Shown here: positions 1 through 10,391 of the stretch, piece after piece | Layout: the number at the start of each line of letters is the position of its first letter | Position numbering within the stretch: position 1 is the first letter of the stretch | NCBI GenBank assembly: GCA_015661515.1 | Contig: DQVX01000067.1 | Location: 1-34,265 of the forward strand | Origin: Nanobdellota archaeon | GTDB lineage: Archaea > Aenigmatarchaeota > Aenigmatarchaeia > Aenigmatarchaeales > SZUA-1535 | DNA: 34,265 nt | Reading direction: 5' to 3' | Translations under genes and position numbers: made by a program | Notes under the pieces: generated by a model | What the model saw: only the letters and a program-made list of their open reading frames with translations | Told to the model about the DNA's origin: nothing | Database searches by the model: none

Positions 1-1
1 G

Positions 2-1036
2 GACTTTTTAGTAAAACAAAGTAAAGAACATGAAATTTTGGAATTTATATTAACAAAAAACAAAAAATTTGTTTTCTTAGATGAAGTTCAAAACTTAGAA
101 AATTGGGAATCCTTAGTTAGAACATTACTGAATCAGGGCTATAAAGTTTTTATCATAGGCTCAAGCTCAAAACTATTAAGCAAAGAAATAGCAACTCAAC
201 TAAGAGGAAGAAGCTTGAGTTATTTACTTTTGCCCTTTTCATTTAAAGAATTTTTAAAAGCTAAAAATTTTAAAACAAACGGTTTCATAACCTTTGAGAA
301 AAAAGGCAGAATTATGGAGTATTTAAAAGATTATATGTATTTTGGAGGCTATCCTGAAATAGTTTTAAAGGAAATAGAAAAAGAGAAGTATTTAAAGGAA
401 ATAATAGAATTAGTGTTTTTTAAAGATTTTGTAGAAAGAAAAAATATAAAAAACATAAAGGTAGCAAAATTGATTTTCGAGTATTTACTACAAAACTATA
501 CCAAAGAAATTTCTCTTTCAAGAATAAAAAATTATTTAAACAGCTTGAATCTAAAACCAAACTTAGAAACAGTTTCAAATTATCTTCATGATTTAGAAGA
601 TACCTTTTCAATTTTTCTTATTAATAAATTCGATTACAAAGTTCATTTAAGAGAATCCTGGCCTAAAAAAGTTTATTTGGTAGATAATGGCTTGCATTTA
701 CCCTTTAGATTTAGCGATGATAAAGGAAAACTAATGGAAAACTTAGTTTTCTTACATTTGAAAAGACAGGAAAACGAAAAACCTTTCCAAGAAATCTATT
801 ACTACAAAACAAAAAACAACAAAGAAATAGACTTTCTTGTTAAAAACAAAAATAAAATAGAACTAATTGAGGTTTGCTATGAATTTGATGAAGATCATAA
901 GAAAAAACTAATCAAAGCAATGAACGAACTAAAACTAAAAGAAAGCTTTTGCATTACATGGGATGAAGAAGAAATAATAGAAGAAAAAGGAAAGAAAATA
1001 ATGCTTATTCCTCTTTGGAAATGGTTGTTATGTTAA
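2..1036 (+). CDS. AAA+ ATPase of the DUF4143/COG1373 family, 5' end cut by window edge
   Basis: The frame of track ORF 38..1036 stays open back to base 2 (DFLVKQSKEHEILEF...). It aligns to the downstream paralog from its Walker B region onward (FLDEVQ vs LLDEIQ; shared GSSSKLLSKEIATQLRGRSLSYLLLP; shared C-terminal IPLWKWLL). The Walker A part must lie left of the window. Confidence 0.8.
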   Translation, partial: DFLVKQSKEHEILEFILTKNKKFVFLDEVQNLENWESLVRTLLNQGYKVFIIGSSSKLLSKEIATQLRGRSLSYLLLPFSFKEFLKAKNFKTNGFITFEKKGRIMEYLKDYMYFGGYPEIVLKEIEKEKYLKEIIELVFFKDFVERKNIKNIKVAKLIFEYLLQNYTKEISLSRIKNYLNSLNLKPNLETVSNYLHDLEDTFSIFLINKFDYKVHLRESWPKKVYLVDNGLHLPFRFSDDKGKLMENLVFLHLKRQENEKPFQEIYYYKTKNNKEIDFLVKNKNKIELIEVCYEFDEDHKKKLIKAMNELKLKESFCITWDEEEIIEEKGKKIMLIPLWKWLLC

Positions 1037-1089
1037 AAAATTTCCTAAAAATAGTAAATTTTTTAAATATTTTTTCCTAAAATGAATAC

Positions 1090-2370
1090 ATGTTTGATGA
1101 AAATTTTGTTATAGAATATTTTGAAAAGCTTTTTGAAAGATTGAAAAAAGAAGATATAAAACAAAGAGAACTAAAGATTTCTTTTATAAAAAATAAAGTC
1201 ACTGCCATAATAGGTCCAAGAAGAGCAGGAAAAACTTATTTTATTTTAAAATTTTTGAAAGAAAATAAAAACTCTATATATTTTGATTTGGAGCATGCTG
1301 CATTTAAAGATTTAACACATAAAGAATTTTTTGAAATAATTTCTATTTTTGAGGAAAGATTTAAAATTAAAGTTAAAAATGTTTTGCTTGATGAGATTCA
1401 AAGAATTGATAAATGGGAGATTCTTGTAAGAAGTTTGTTAGATAGTGGGTATAAAGTTCTTATCACAGGTTCTTCTTCAAAACTATTAAGTAAAGAAATT
1501 GCAACCCAATTAAGAGGTAGAAGTTTAAGTTATTTACTTTTGCCCTTAAGTTTTAGAGAATACTTGAATTTCCGCAATTTTAACTTAAGAAAACCTTTTT
1601 CTTTATCTGAGAAAGTAAAGATAATTAATTTTTTGAAAGAGTATTTAGAATGGGGTTCTTATCCAGAAATTTTGCTTGAATGGGATAAAAAAGAAAAAAT
1701 TTTGAAAGAGTATTTTGATACAGTATTACAAAAAGATTTCATAGAGAGATTTAAGGTTGTTAATGTTGAAATAGCAAAACTAATTTTTGAATTCGTGTTT
1801 CAAAACTTTTCTAAAGAGTTAAGTATTAATAAAATAGCAAATTTTGTTTCCTCAAAACTAAGCAAAAATGTAAAAAACATTGTTTATGAATATGTGGAAA
1901 AACTCCCAGAAAGTTTTGCAGTATTTTTTGTTGAAAGATTTGAAGAAAGTGTTTATAAAAGAAAAAGTTTCATGAGAAAAGTTTATATTTGCGATGTTGG
2001 GTTAGCGAATATAATAGGAGTTAAAAAAGATTTTGGTAAAAGAATGGAAAATATTGTTTTTTTGGAGTTATTAAGAAAAACCAATGAAAAACCGTTGATA
2101 ACTGTTTATTATTGGAAAGATTACCAGGGCAAAGAAGTCGATTTTGTCATAAAAGAAGGCTTAAGGATTAAGCAATTAATCCAAGTAACTTATGCTTCTG
2201 CGAGGGATGAAATAGAGCAAAGAGAATTAAGAGCCTTGGTTAAAGCTTCAGAACTTTTAAAGTGTAAAGATCTCTTAGTTATTACTTGGGACTATGAATG
2301 TGAAGAAGAATTCAAAGGAAAGAAAATTAAGTTTATTCCTCTTTGGAAATGGTTGTTAATATCAAATTAA
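1090..2370 (+). CDS. AAA+ ATPase, DUF4143/COG1373 family (full length)
   Basis: Walker A GPRRAGKT and Walker B LLDEIQ. C-terminal restriction-endonuclease-like DUF4143 region (GKEVDFVIK...LIQVTYAS). 426 aa, typical for the family. Confidence 0.85.
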   Translation: MFDENFVIEYFEKLFERLKKEDIKQRELKISFIKNKVTAIIGPRRAGKTYFILKFLKENKNSIYFDLEHAAFKDLTHKEFFEIISIFEERFKIKVKNVLLDEIQRIDKWEILVRSLLDSGYKVLITGSSSKLLSKEIATQLRGRSLSYLLLPLSFREYLNFRNFNLRKPFSLSEKVKIINFLKEYLEWGSYPEILLEWDKKEKILKEYFDTVLQKDFIERFKVVNVEIAKLIFEFVFQNFSKELSINKIANFVSSKLSKNVKNIVYEYVEKLPESFAVFFVERFEESVYKRKSFMRKVYICDVGLANIIGVKKDFGKRMENIVFLELLRKTNEKPLITVYYWKDYQGKEVDFVIKEGLRIKQLIQVTYASARDEIEQRELRALVKASELLKCKDLLVITWDYECEEEFKGKKIKFIPLWKWLLISN

Positions 2371-2711
2371 TAAAAAAGTAAAAGATAAGACAACAAACAC
2401 GCTAGAAAAAACATCCTTATAATTCTTTTTTGATTGAACTTTTTTAGGTACCAAATAATGTAAAGAGCCGAGAACAAAATTACGGTTAAAATTAATACAA
2501 AAATTCCGAAAATTTTATGGTAAAATACTAAAGGTATAACGTAAAAAGGTGCTACTACTTTAAGCAAAAAAAGCTCATTATTTTTAACTTTCTCAAACAA
2601 AACTAAAGCAATAATAAGTAAAAAGCACATAACATAAATTTCTTTTACAGAAGCAAAATAACAGAATAATAAAGAAACCACAAATATAACAATAAACTGC
2701 TTATGTTTCAT
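2367..2711 (-). CDS. hypothetical small membrane protein (about 4 TM) at the 3' end of the ATP synthase operon
   Basis: 114-aa ORF made of hydrophobic stretches. Its ATG (2711..2709) overlaps the end of atpD by 11 nt, on the same strand. I recognise no family. Confidence 0.5.
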   Translation of the reverse strand: MKHKQFIVIFVVSLLFCYFASVKEIYVMCFLLIIALVLFEKVKNNELFLLKVVAPFYVIPLVFYHKIFGIFVLILTVILFSALYIIWYLKKFNQKRIIRMFFLACLLSYLLLFY

Positions 2712-3324
2712 TTCTCTTCTCCTTACTTTTCATTCTCTTTAATCTAAAGATATTTTCTCTTTCCATTTCTTCCAATCTCTGAGCTACAAATTTCAGTTTT
2801 TCTTCTAAATTGGAAATAATTCTAAATTCAAGTGCATTTACTTTTCTTTTTGTTTTTTCTATTTCATCTAATATTCTGTAGAGCGAGTATATAACTTCGG
2901 AATATTTTATGAACTTTATTATAAGCTTTCTGTAAGCTTCTACAGCTTCTTCAACTCTAATATTAACTCCTATAAGCTTTTTTATATCACTTTCTTGTTT
3001 TTCTTCAAGCTCAATTTGATAAGTATGTATACCCATTAACTTTTTTTGTGTAAGTTTTATTTCTGAAAAATCTGGAACAAGCATAGCTATGCTTCTTAAT
3101 TTTGTAGCTCCTTCTGTTGTTTCAGCAAGTATAAGCTTTTTCTTTGCATGCTTATAAACACTTTCTATTTCTTCAATCATTTTTTTACTTTGATTAAATA
3201 ATCTGAAAAACTCCATTATTAGTCCATCTCTTTTTCTTTTTAGCAATTTATAACCAGATTTAGCTAAAGTTATTTTTTTCTTAAGTTCTAAAAGTTCTGA
3301 TCTTGTTGGTTTTACATCAATCAT
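2701..3324 (-). CDS. atpD: A-type ATP synthase subunit D
   Basis: MIDVKPTRSELLELKKK... N-terminus and coiled-coil composition typical of A/V-type D. Sits directly downstream of subunit B. Confidence 0.9.
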   Translation of the reverse strand: MIDVKPTRSELLELKKKITLAKSGYKLLKRKRDGLIMEFFRLFNQSKKMIEEIESVYKHAKKKLILAETTEGATKLRSIAMLVPDFSEIKLTQKKLMGIHTYQIELEEKQESDIKKLIGVNIRVEEAVEAYRKLIIKFIKYSEVIYSLYRILDEIEKTKRKVNALEFRIISNLEEKLKFVAQRLEEMERENIFRLKRMKSKEKRNET

Positions 3325-3326
3325 TT

Positions 3327-4709
3327 TTACTCACTTTTTCGCTTATAGTATTTTTGTTTTAGTTCAGGCGATATTCTTGTTAGTTCTTCTTCAGGAAGCA
3401 TTGAAAGAAGCTCCCATGCTATTTCAAGTGTATCTTCAATACTTCTATTTTCATTTATACCTTGTTGTATGAATCTTTTCTCGAACTCATCTGCAAATTT
3501 CAAAATAAGCTTTTCTCTTTCACTAAGAGCTTCTTCTCCTACTATAGCAGCCAATCCACGAAGTTCTCTTCCTTCTGCATACAAAGCATAGAGTTGATCA
3601 GCAACTTGTTTATGATCTTCTCTTGTTTTTCCCTTTCCTATCCCTGCATTCATTAGTCGTGATAAAGATGGTAATACATCTATTGGCGGATAAATACCTT
3701 TTCTATGTAATTCTCGAGAAAGTACTATTTGACCTTCTGTAATATATCCTGTAAGATCTGGAATAGGATGTGTAATATCATCTCCAGGCATTGTAAGAAT
3801 AGGAATCTGTGTTATACTACCTTTTTTACCTTTTATTCTTCCAGCTCTTTCATAAATAGTTGCTAAATCTGTGTACATGTAACCAGGATATCCTCTTCTT
3901 CCAGGTACTTCTTCTCTTGCTGTAGCAATTTCTCTCAAGCTTTCACAATAGTTTGTCATATCAGTTAAAATTACAAGCACATGCATATCTTTGTCAAATG
4001 CAAGATATTCTGCAGCTGTTAATGCCAATCTTGGAGTAAGTAATCTTTCTACTGCAGGATCGTTTGCAAGATTAAGAAATATAACAGCTCTTTCGAGTGC
4101 CCCTGTTTTTTCAAAATCTTCTATAAAACGTTGGGCTTCTTCATTTGTAATACCCATTGCTGCAAAAACTACAGCAAATTCTTCTTCTTTCCCTAAAACT
4201 TTTGCTTGTCGTGCTATTTGTAAAGCTAATTCATTATGAGGTAATCCAGAAGCTGAAAAAATAGGAAGCTTTTGCCCTCTAACTAAGGTATTCATTCCAT
4301 CTATTGCAGAAATACCTGTTTGAATAAATTCTGAAGGAGAAGCTCTTGAATAAGGATTTATAGCAGCTCCTGTAATAGGGAGTTCTTTTTCAGGAATTAT
4401 TTCAGGCCCCCCATCTATTGGTTTACCTCTTCCATTAAAAATCCTTCCAAGCATTTCTTTAGATACAGGTAATTTTATTATTTCTCCAGTAAATTTTACT
4501 CTTGTGTTTTTATCCATTCCCATTGTACCTTCGAATATTTGAACAACAACTATATCTTCGCTTACATCTAATACTTGTCCCATTCTTTTTTCTCCATTTT
4601 CAAGTACTATTTCAACAACTTCTCCGTAAGCAACATCTTCTGCTTTTTTCACAAACACCAAAGGACCTGTAATTTGCTCTATAGTTTTGTATTCTTTTAC
4701 AACTTTCAT
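3327..4709 (-). CDS. atpB: A-type ATP synthase subunit B
   Basis: Motifs SASGLPHNE and [15 protein letters not shown]. Start set at ATG 4709, which is preceded by GGAGGTGA plus a 5-nt spacer. The track start at 4724 lies inside that SD and is a less likely alternative. Confidence 0.92.
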   Translation of the reverse strand: MKVVKEYKTIEQITGPLVFVKKAEDVAYGEVVEIVLENGEKRMGQVLDVSEDIVVVQIFEGTMGMDKNTRVKFTGEIIKLPVSKEMLGRIFNGRGKPIDGGPEIIPEKELPITGAAINPYSRASPSEFIQTGISAIDGMNTLVRGQKLPIFSASGLPHNELALQIARQAKVLGKEEEFAVVFAAMGITNEEAQRFIEDFEKTGALERAVIFLNLANDPAVERLLTPRLALTAAEYLAFDKDMHVLVILTDMTNYCESLREIATAREEVPGRRGYPGYMYTDLATIYERAGRIKGKKGSITQIPILTMPGDDITHPIPDLTGYITEGQIVLSRELHRKGIYPPIDVLPSLSRLMNAGIGKGKTREDHKQVADQLYALYAEGRELRGLAAIVGEEALSEREKLILKFADEFEKRFIQQGINENRSIEDTLEIAWELLSMLPEEELTRISPELKQKYYKRKSE

Positions 4710-4710
4710 T

Positions 4711-6441
4711 TTATTCACCTCCAAGAGCTTTGAATTCTTCTATCATCTCTTTTTCTATTTCACTAATAATTTTTTTGTAATCTTTTTGGAATTTTATTTC
4801 AGCTATTTTTTTCTTTGCTTTTATATTCAAAATATCCTCTATCGCAACACCTCTTTCTAAAGCACTTCTTGCAAGTTTTTCATAAGAAAGTATAAGTTTT
4901 AGCATAAGATAACTTTTCTCTGGTTCACTATAGCGATCTATTTCATGAAAAGCATTTTGTTGTAAGAAAAATTCTCTTATCATTTTAGCAACTTCAAGTG
5001 TTATTCTTTCATTTTCAGGAAGTGCATCGCTACCAACAAGCTGGACTATTTCCTGAAGTTTTTCTTCTTGTTGTAAAATATTCATAGCCTTTGTTACGAG
5101 CTCTTTCCAATCAGGTGAAATATTTTTTGCAAACCATTCTGAAAGAGCATCTAAATATAGCGAATAACTTGTAAGCCAATTTATTGCAGGGAAATGCCTA
5201 CGGCGTGCAAGTTTTGCATCTAATGCCCAAAAGACTTTAACAACACGCAAAGTATTTTGGGTAACAGGTTCTGAAAAATCTCCTCCTGGTGGAGAAACAG
5301 CGCCAATTATTGTAACACTTCCTATTTTTCCGCTTAATGTTTTAACTCTTCCTGCTCTTTCATAAAATTCTGCAAGACGTGCTGGAAGATATGCAGGATA
5401 ACCTTCTTCTCCAGGCATTTCTTCTAAACGCGAAGAAATTTCTCTCATTGCTTCTGCCCATCTTGAAGTAGAATCAGCCATAAGAGCAACATCATATCCC
5501 ATATCTCTGAAATATTCTGCTATTGTTATACCTGTATAAATACTTGCTTCTCTTGCTGCTACAGGCATGTTACTTGTATTTGCTATAAGCACAGTTCTAT
5601 TTATTAATGGTTTACCTGTTTTAGGGTCTTCTAATTTAGGAAATTCTTCAAGTACTTCTGTCATTTCATTTCCTCGTTCTCCACAACCTACATAAATAAC
5701 TATATCAGCATCAGCAAATTTAGCTAAAGTCTGCTGTGTTACTGTTTTACCAGCTCCAAATGGTCCTGGAATAGCTGCAGTACCTCCTTTTGCTAAAGGA
5801 AAGAATACATCTAAAACTCTTTGTCCTGTGATAAGAGGTATTTCAGGTTTAAATTTTTCTTTATATGGTCTTTGCTTTCTTACAGGCCATTCGTGATAGA
5901 GTTTTAATTCCTTTCCATTTTTAAGTGTGCAAATTACATCTTCTAAGGTATATTTACCTTCTTTTATTTCTTTAATTACGCCTTCTACTCCAGGAGGTAC
6001 GAGAATGTAGTGTTTTATATTAAACTCTTCAACATATCCTAATATATCACCGCCTTTAACTTTATCTCCTTTCTTCTTTTCAGGAATAAATTCCCATTCT
6101 TTTGTTAAATCAAGAGCAAAAGCTTCTATTCCACGAGTTATAAAATCTCCAGATTTTTCACGAAGAATATTAAGTGGCCTTTGAATACCATCATAAATCA
6201 TTCCTAATAATCCTGGACCCAAAGTAGCTGAGAGAGGTTTACCTGTATTTTCTACAGGTTCTTTTGGTTTAAGTCCTGTGGTATCTTCATATACTTGCAC
6301 TATAACTTTATTTCCTATTATTTTAATTACTTCTCCTAATAATTTTTCTTCCCCAACTTTAACAACGTCATACATCTTAGCATGCAAATCTTTTACAACC
6401 ACAACAGGTCCAGCAATTCTGTAAATTCTTCCTTTTTTCAT
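4711..6441 (-). CDS. atpA: A-type ATP synthase catalytic subunit A
   Basis: Walker A GPFGAGKT, plus GCGERGNEM and [10 protein letters not shown]. 576 aa, continuous, with no intein-sized insertion. Confidence 0.95.
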   Translation of the reverse strand: MKKGRIYRIAGPVVVVKDLHAKMYDVVKVGEEKLLGEVIKIIGNKVIVQVYEDTTGLKPKEPVENTGKPLSATLGPGLLGMIYDGIQRPLNILREKSGDFITRGIEAFALDLTKEWEFIPEKKKGDKVKGGDILGYVEEFNIKHYILVPPGVEGVIKEIKEGKYTLEDVICTLKNGKELKLYHEWPVRKQRPYKEKFKPEIPLITGQRVLDVFFPLAKGGTAAIPGPFGAGKTVTQQTLAKFADADIVIYVGCGERGNEMTEVLEEFPKLEDPKTGKPLINRTVLIANTSNMPVAAREASIYTGITIAEYFRDMGYDVALMADSTSRWAEAMREISSRLEEMPGEEGYPAYLPARLAEFYERAGRVKTLSGKIGSVTIIGAVSPPGGDFSEPVTQNTLRVVKVFWALDAKLARRRHFPAINWLTSYSLYLDALSEWFAKNISPDWKELVTKAMNILQQEEKLQEIVQLVGSDALPENERITLEVAKMIREFFLQQNAFHEIDRYSEPEKSYLMLKLILSYEKLARSALERGVAIEDILNIKAKKKIAEIKFQKDYKKIISEIEKEMIEEFKALGGE

Positions 6442-6445
6442 ACCA

Positions 6446-6757
6446 TCACCTCATTAAATCTATTCCTATAGTTTGAATTATTTTTTTGCGAAGTATTTCG
6501 TTTTTAAATTGTTCTGAAAATGGAATAATTATAGGAAATTTAAGATTTTCAAAATATTCTTTATCTCTTTGGGAAAGTTTTTCAAATTCTTCAGCTTCTA
6601 TTATTATAATTCCTGCATCTCTTTTTTCTGTAACTTCTTTTAGAATTTTAGTTATTTCTTTTCCTGATAATCCATCTGTATATTTTACATTTCTTATTCC
6701 AGCTATTTCAAACCCTAATGTAAATGATTTTTTTCCAAACACATAAATTTTTTTCAT
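6446..6757 (-). CDS. atpF: A-type ATP synthase subunit F
   Basis: Protein of about 100 aa between C and A, in the canonical position. Start chosen at ATG 6757, which forms an ATGA overlap with the atpC stop and lies 6 nt after GGTGAT. The track start 6763 is an alternative. Confidence 0.8.
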   Translation of the reverse strand: MKKIYVFGKKSFTLGFEIAGIRNVKYTDGLSGKEITKILKEVTEKRDAGIIIIEAEEFEKLSQRDKEYFENLKFPIIIPFSEQFKNEILRKKIIQTIGIDLMR

Positions 6758-7767
6758 TGCCATATCACCAAATTTTTTCTTATTTCATTTTCAGATAATC
6801 CATAGTATTTTGCTCTAGCAATTAGTTTTATGTTTCTTGCTTCTGTTTCTTTCATTATAACATAAGCTATTAAAGGTGTTATTGATAAAGGATTAGTATG
6901 CATAAATTTTTCAACAAGCTTTAAATGATATACTTCTAATTTTGCATCAAGTTCTTCAGGCGAGGATTTTATATCAATATCTTTAAAAAATTCTCCAAAT
7001 CTTGAGACAATTTTAGAATGAATTTCTTCAAGCTCCAAACTTCGTAATTCTTCAAGCTCTTTTTTAGAAATGGTTCCTGGAAAAACAAATAATTTTAAAA
7101 CATCTTCTTTACTTAGCTTGGAATGTTTAAATTTTAATAATATTCTCAAATTTATTATATCAAGTCTTAACTTTAGAAACTTTTTAAGAATTTCTCCTTC
7201 TTTTTTTAGTTTGTTAGCAATTTCTGTAATCAAACCATAATATTTTTTATCTATATAATTTTCAATATCAATAAGCCTATTTTCTTCAAACCATTTTGCA
7301 AGTTTTTTTATTTCCTTTTCTGATAAAAATTTTAATGCCTTAAGAATTTCTTCAATTGTAGAATCTTTAAGAGTATTAATTTTTTCTCTTTTTAGTTTTC
7401 CAGCACATATAAAAATTTCTTCTTGAAAATTTCCAAGTTTTTTACATCTTAAAAGGTTTTTAACATTTTCTATATCATATTTCAAAAGATATATCTCAAA
7501 AATTCTTTTCGCATTTCCATGAGTAATTTTAAGTATATTTGATAGCTCTTTTTCCAAATTTATATTTACGCTTCTTTCTACAAGCTCAAATGGATTTTTT
7601 TCTTCAATTTTTTCAAATTCATAACCTTTTTCTTCTAAAAATTTTATCAAGGTATATATATCCATTTTAAGCATTTTTTCATATTCTTCCCTTTTCAAAA
7701 GCTTACTTTTTCTTACTCTAAACCTTGTTGCAAGATAAGGATATTTTTCTTGCCTTACTTTTATCAT
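6754..7767 (-). CDS. atpC: A-type ATP synthase subunit C
   Basis: 337-aa helical protein in the canonical E-C-F position. ATGA overlap with the atpE stop. Confidence 0.85.
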   Translation of the reverse strand: MIKVRQEKYPYLATRFRVRKSKLLKREEYEKMLKMDIYTLIKFLEEKGYEFEKIEEKNPFELVERSVNINLEKELSNILKITHGNAKRIFEIYLLKYDIENVKNLLRCKKLGNFQEEIFICAGKLKREKINTLKDSTIEEILKALKFLSEKEIKKLAKWFEENRLIDIENYIDKKYYGLITEIANKLKKEGEILKKFLKLRLDIINLRILLKFKHSKLSKEDVLKLFVFPGTISKKELEELRSLELEEIHSKIVSRFGEFFKDIDIKSSPEELDAKLEVYHLKLVEKFMHTNPLSITPLIAYVIMKETEARNIKLIARAKYYGLSENEIRKNLVIWQ

Positions 7768-8318
7768 ATATTTTCACCCATTTCTGCAATTCCTTTTACA
7801 ATTTCTTTTTTTAGCATTTCGAAAACAGCTTCAAAAGACATATCTATTCTTATGCTACCATCTTCATTTTCTACTATAAATCCACCAAATAGATCAGATT
7901 CTTTAACTTGAGAATTTTTAAAAATAGATTTAACGAGGGCAACATCTTTTTTGCTTACGTAAACTTTTTTCCAATCTTTTCCAGCTTTTTCTGCTAATGC
8001 TTGTATAATTTTTTCTCTTTGTTTTCCTTGAAGGTTAAAGAATTTTTCTCTAATTTCATTTAAAATTTCTTCAATAAGCTCTTTTTTCTTTTCCATAATC
8101 ATTTCCCTTTCTTTAAGTTTTGCTAATGCTTTTTCTCTTTTTTTCATTTCTTCTACAAGCTTTTTTACTTGCTCTAATTTTTGCTGCTTTATAGTTTCGG
8201 CTTTTTTCTTTGCTTCGCTAAGTATTTTTTCAGCTTCTTTTTCCCCTTCTTTTACAATTCTTTCAGCTTCTACCTTCGCAGAACTAATTATTTCTTCTAC
8301 TACTTTCTCTATTTCCAT
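7764..8318 (-). CDS. atpE: A-type ATP synthase subunit E
   Basis: 184 aa with a Lys/Glu-rich N-terminal coiled coil plus a globular C-terminus. Canonical K-E-C position. Confidence 0.85.
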   Translation of the reverse strand: MEIEKVVEEIISSAKVEAERIVKEGEKEAEKILSEAKKKAETIKQQKLEQVKKLVEEMKKREKALAKLKEREMIMEKKKELIEEILNEIREKFFNLQGKQREKIIQALAEKAGKDWKKVYVSKKDVALVKSIFKNSQVKESDLFGGFIVENEDGSIRIDMSFEAVFEMLKKEIVKGIAEMGENI

Positions 8319-8330
8319 TTTTCTCGCCTT

Positions 8331-8567
8331 TTAAGCCATTCCTAAAATCATTATTGCTACGACTAGACCAAAAATTACTAAAGTTTCTGGAAGTACTGTA
8401 AAGATTAAAGCTTTAATAAAAAGCTCTTCTTTTTCTGCTATTGCTCCTACTGCAGCAGCTCCTATATCTTTTTCTGCTAGTCCTGCCGCTATAGCAGTTA
8501 GCCCTACAGCTAATCCAGCCCCTATAGCTAAAAGACCTGTATCAACTGCAGCTTTTTCTACAGCCAT
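8331..8567 (-). CDS. atpK: A-type ATP synthase proteolipid subunit K (c), single hairpin
   Basis: Gly/Ala-rich TM1 (GAGLAVGLTAIAAG) and TM2 with an ion-binding Glu (LPETLVIFGLV). Start at ATG 8567 (MAVEKAA), 5 nt after GGAGGTGA. The track GTG start at 8576 lies inside the SD. Confidence 0.9.
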   Translation of the reverse strand: MAVEKAAVDTGLLAIGAGLAVGLTAIAAGLAEKDIGAAAVGAIAEKEELFIKALIFTVLPETLVIFGLVVAIMILGMA

Positions 8568-8579
8568 TCCCCTCACCTC

Positions 8580-10391
8580 CTATTTTTTTCCGAAAGGTGT
8601 ATAAGGTATTCCACCGCCTTTATAAAATTTTGTGAAAAATTCAACCCAGTTAAGTCTCAAAGCATGTAATGAGCATTCCAATAATGCAATAGCGACATGT
8701 AGTGCATGACCTAAAATAAGTATTATTATTGCTATAGGAATAAAAATAAAACCTTGAGCTAATATTTTTCCAGCAATATCATTTATTATTAAACCTAAGG
8801 AAGCTATTGCTATACCCATACCCATTAATCTGGAATATGAAAGTATATGGCTTAGTAATGTAGGAAGTTCAGCTATTCCTAAAAAGCCTTCTCCTTTTAG
8901 CAATAAAATCACACCAACTATAAACATAATTTCTGGGATTAAAGGATTTATATTTAGAGAATTTTTCCATAAAAGGAAAAATAAAATTCCTGCAAATTCT
9001 ATAAGAAGCCAGGAACCTTTTTCTATAATAGCATGTTTTATTCCATGAGCTATATAGGCATTAATAAATCCTAAAATCAACCCTATAGTTATGTGAACTA
9101 AACCAAAAATTATAGAGACAGTAAAAAGTTCATATATACCATGTATTCTTGAAATTACATGCGGAAGTTTTATTCCTAATATTTCTTCAGCACCAAAGAA
9201 TTCTCCATAAAGAAAACCAAAGAAAATAGTAGAAAATGAAGCAAGAATGAAAACATTTGATATTTCTTTTAAAGAAGGAATTTTTTTCTTTATAACTAGT
9301 GCGAGCACAAGAGTAACTATTCCATATCCTATATCTCCAAGCATAAAACCAAAATAAATAGGAAAGGTTAAAAATAGAAAGAAAGTTGGATCTATTTCAC
9401 CATATTTTGGAAGAGAATATATTTCAAGAAATGTTTTAAAACTACTTATTGGATATGGATGTGAAAGCTTAACAGGTGCTTCCTCTCTTCTTTTTACTTC
9501 TTCTGTTTTTATATAAACTTTATCCTTAGTAATTTCTTTAACAGCATTTATAATTTTATTTACCTCTTTTGCAGGTACCCAGCCTTCTATAAGAATTACA
9601 TTTTTACTTTCAGCAAATTTAAGAGGGGCTTCTGCTTTTTCTGCTTGTTCTTCAAGTCTTTCTTTCCATATTTCAAGAGTTTTTAAATTTTGTTCAGCAA
9701 GAGATTTAAGTCTTTCTTGTAGTTCTTTACTCTTCTTTTTAAGTTTTTCAAGTTCTAACTCAGGATTTATGTTTTTCATTTCTTTGATTAGTGAATAATC
9801 AAATTCATTAAAATTAAAATTTTGCAAAATTTTTCTTATTTTTTCTTCATTTTCTTTTTTAGAAACAATGAAAATAACGTAAAAATTATCTATTTTAGAA
9901 TATTTAAGAGCTAATATTTCAATTTCTTTAAAAGCTTTTTCATCAAATGTTTTTACTAACCCAGAAATAATAGCTATTTTTTTCGATTCCCAGAAAAGAT
10001 TTATATCTGCGCCAATAGCTTTTAAATAGCGCTTTATTTCTAAAAATTTTTCAAGTTTTTTTATTTTATTTTCCACTTCTCTTTGTTCAAAATTTATTTT
10101 TTCGACAGTAGAAATTATATCTTCACAAAGCTTTTCAACATCTTTTTTTGATTTTATTTCTTTTTCTTTTTTGGAAGAAACCTTAGGAAGTTTGGAAAGA
10201 GCAGCCCTTATTTTAAGAAGAATTCTTGATATTTCTTCAGCTTCTTCTAATGGTTTACCTAATTCAAATTCTCCAGGAATATAATCCTTTATATGAAGTA
10301 CTCCTAAGTTGTATAAACTTTCTATTATTTCTCTTTTCCATTTTTTATGTGTAATTATTTGTACTTTTACCATTTTTTCTGGAAAAATCAT
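8580..10391 (-). CDS. atpI: A-type ATP synthase subunit I (a-like stator/ion channel)
   Basis: 603 aa. Soluble coiled-coil N-terminal half and multi-TM C-terminal half with the conserved Arg context HILSYSRLMGMG. ATGA overlap with the atpH stop. Confidence 0.9.
   Translation of the reverse strand: MIFPEKMVKVQIITHKKWKREIIESLYNLGVLHIKDYIPGEFELGKPLEEAEEISRILLKIRAALSKLPKVSSKKEKEIKSKKDVEKLCEDIISTVEKINFEQREVENKIKKLEKFLEIKRYLKAIGADINLFWESKKIAIISGLVKTFDEKAFKEIEILALKYSKIDNFYVIFIVSKKENEEKIRKILQNFNFNEFDYSLIKEMKNINPELELEKLKKKSKELQERLKSLAEQNLKTLEIWKERLEEQAEKAEAPLKFAESKNVILIEGWVPAKEVNKIINAVKEITKDKVYIKTEEVKRREEAPVKLSHPYPISSFKTFLEIYSLPKYGEIDPTFFLFLTFPIYFGFMLGDIGYGIVTLVLALVIKKKIPSLKEISNVFILASFSTIFFGFLYGEFFGAEEILGIKLPHVISRIHGIYELFTVSIIFGLVHITIGLILGFINAYIAHGIKHAIIEKGSWLLIEFAGILFFLLWKNSLNINPLIPEIMFIVGVILLLKGEGFLGIAELPTLLSHILSYSRLMGMGIAIASLGLIINDIAGKILAQGFIFIPIAIIILILGHALHVAIALLECSLHALRLNWVEFFTKFYKGGGIPYTPFGKK

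Noticed and set aside
4711-6441. Checked atpA for an intein, which is common in archaeal A subunits.
   Set aside because: 576 aa with uninterrupted Walker A to GERGNE spacing, and no Cys/Ser-initiated insertion.
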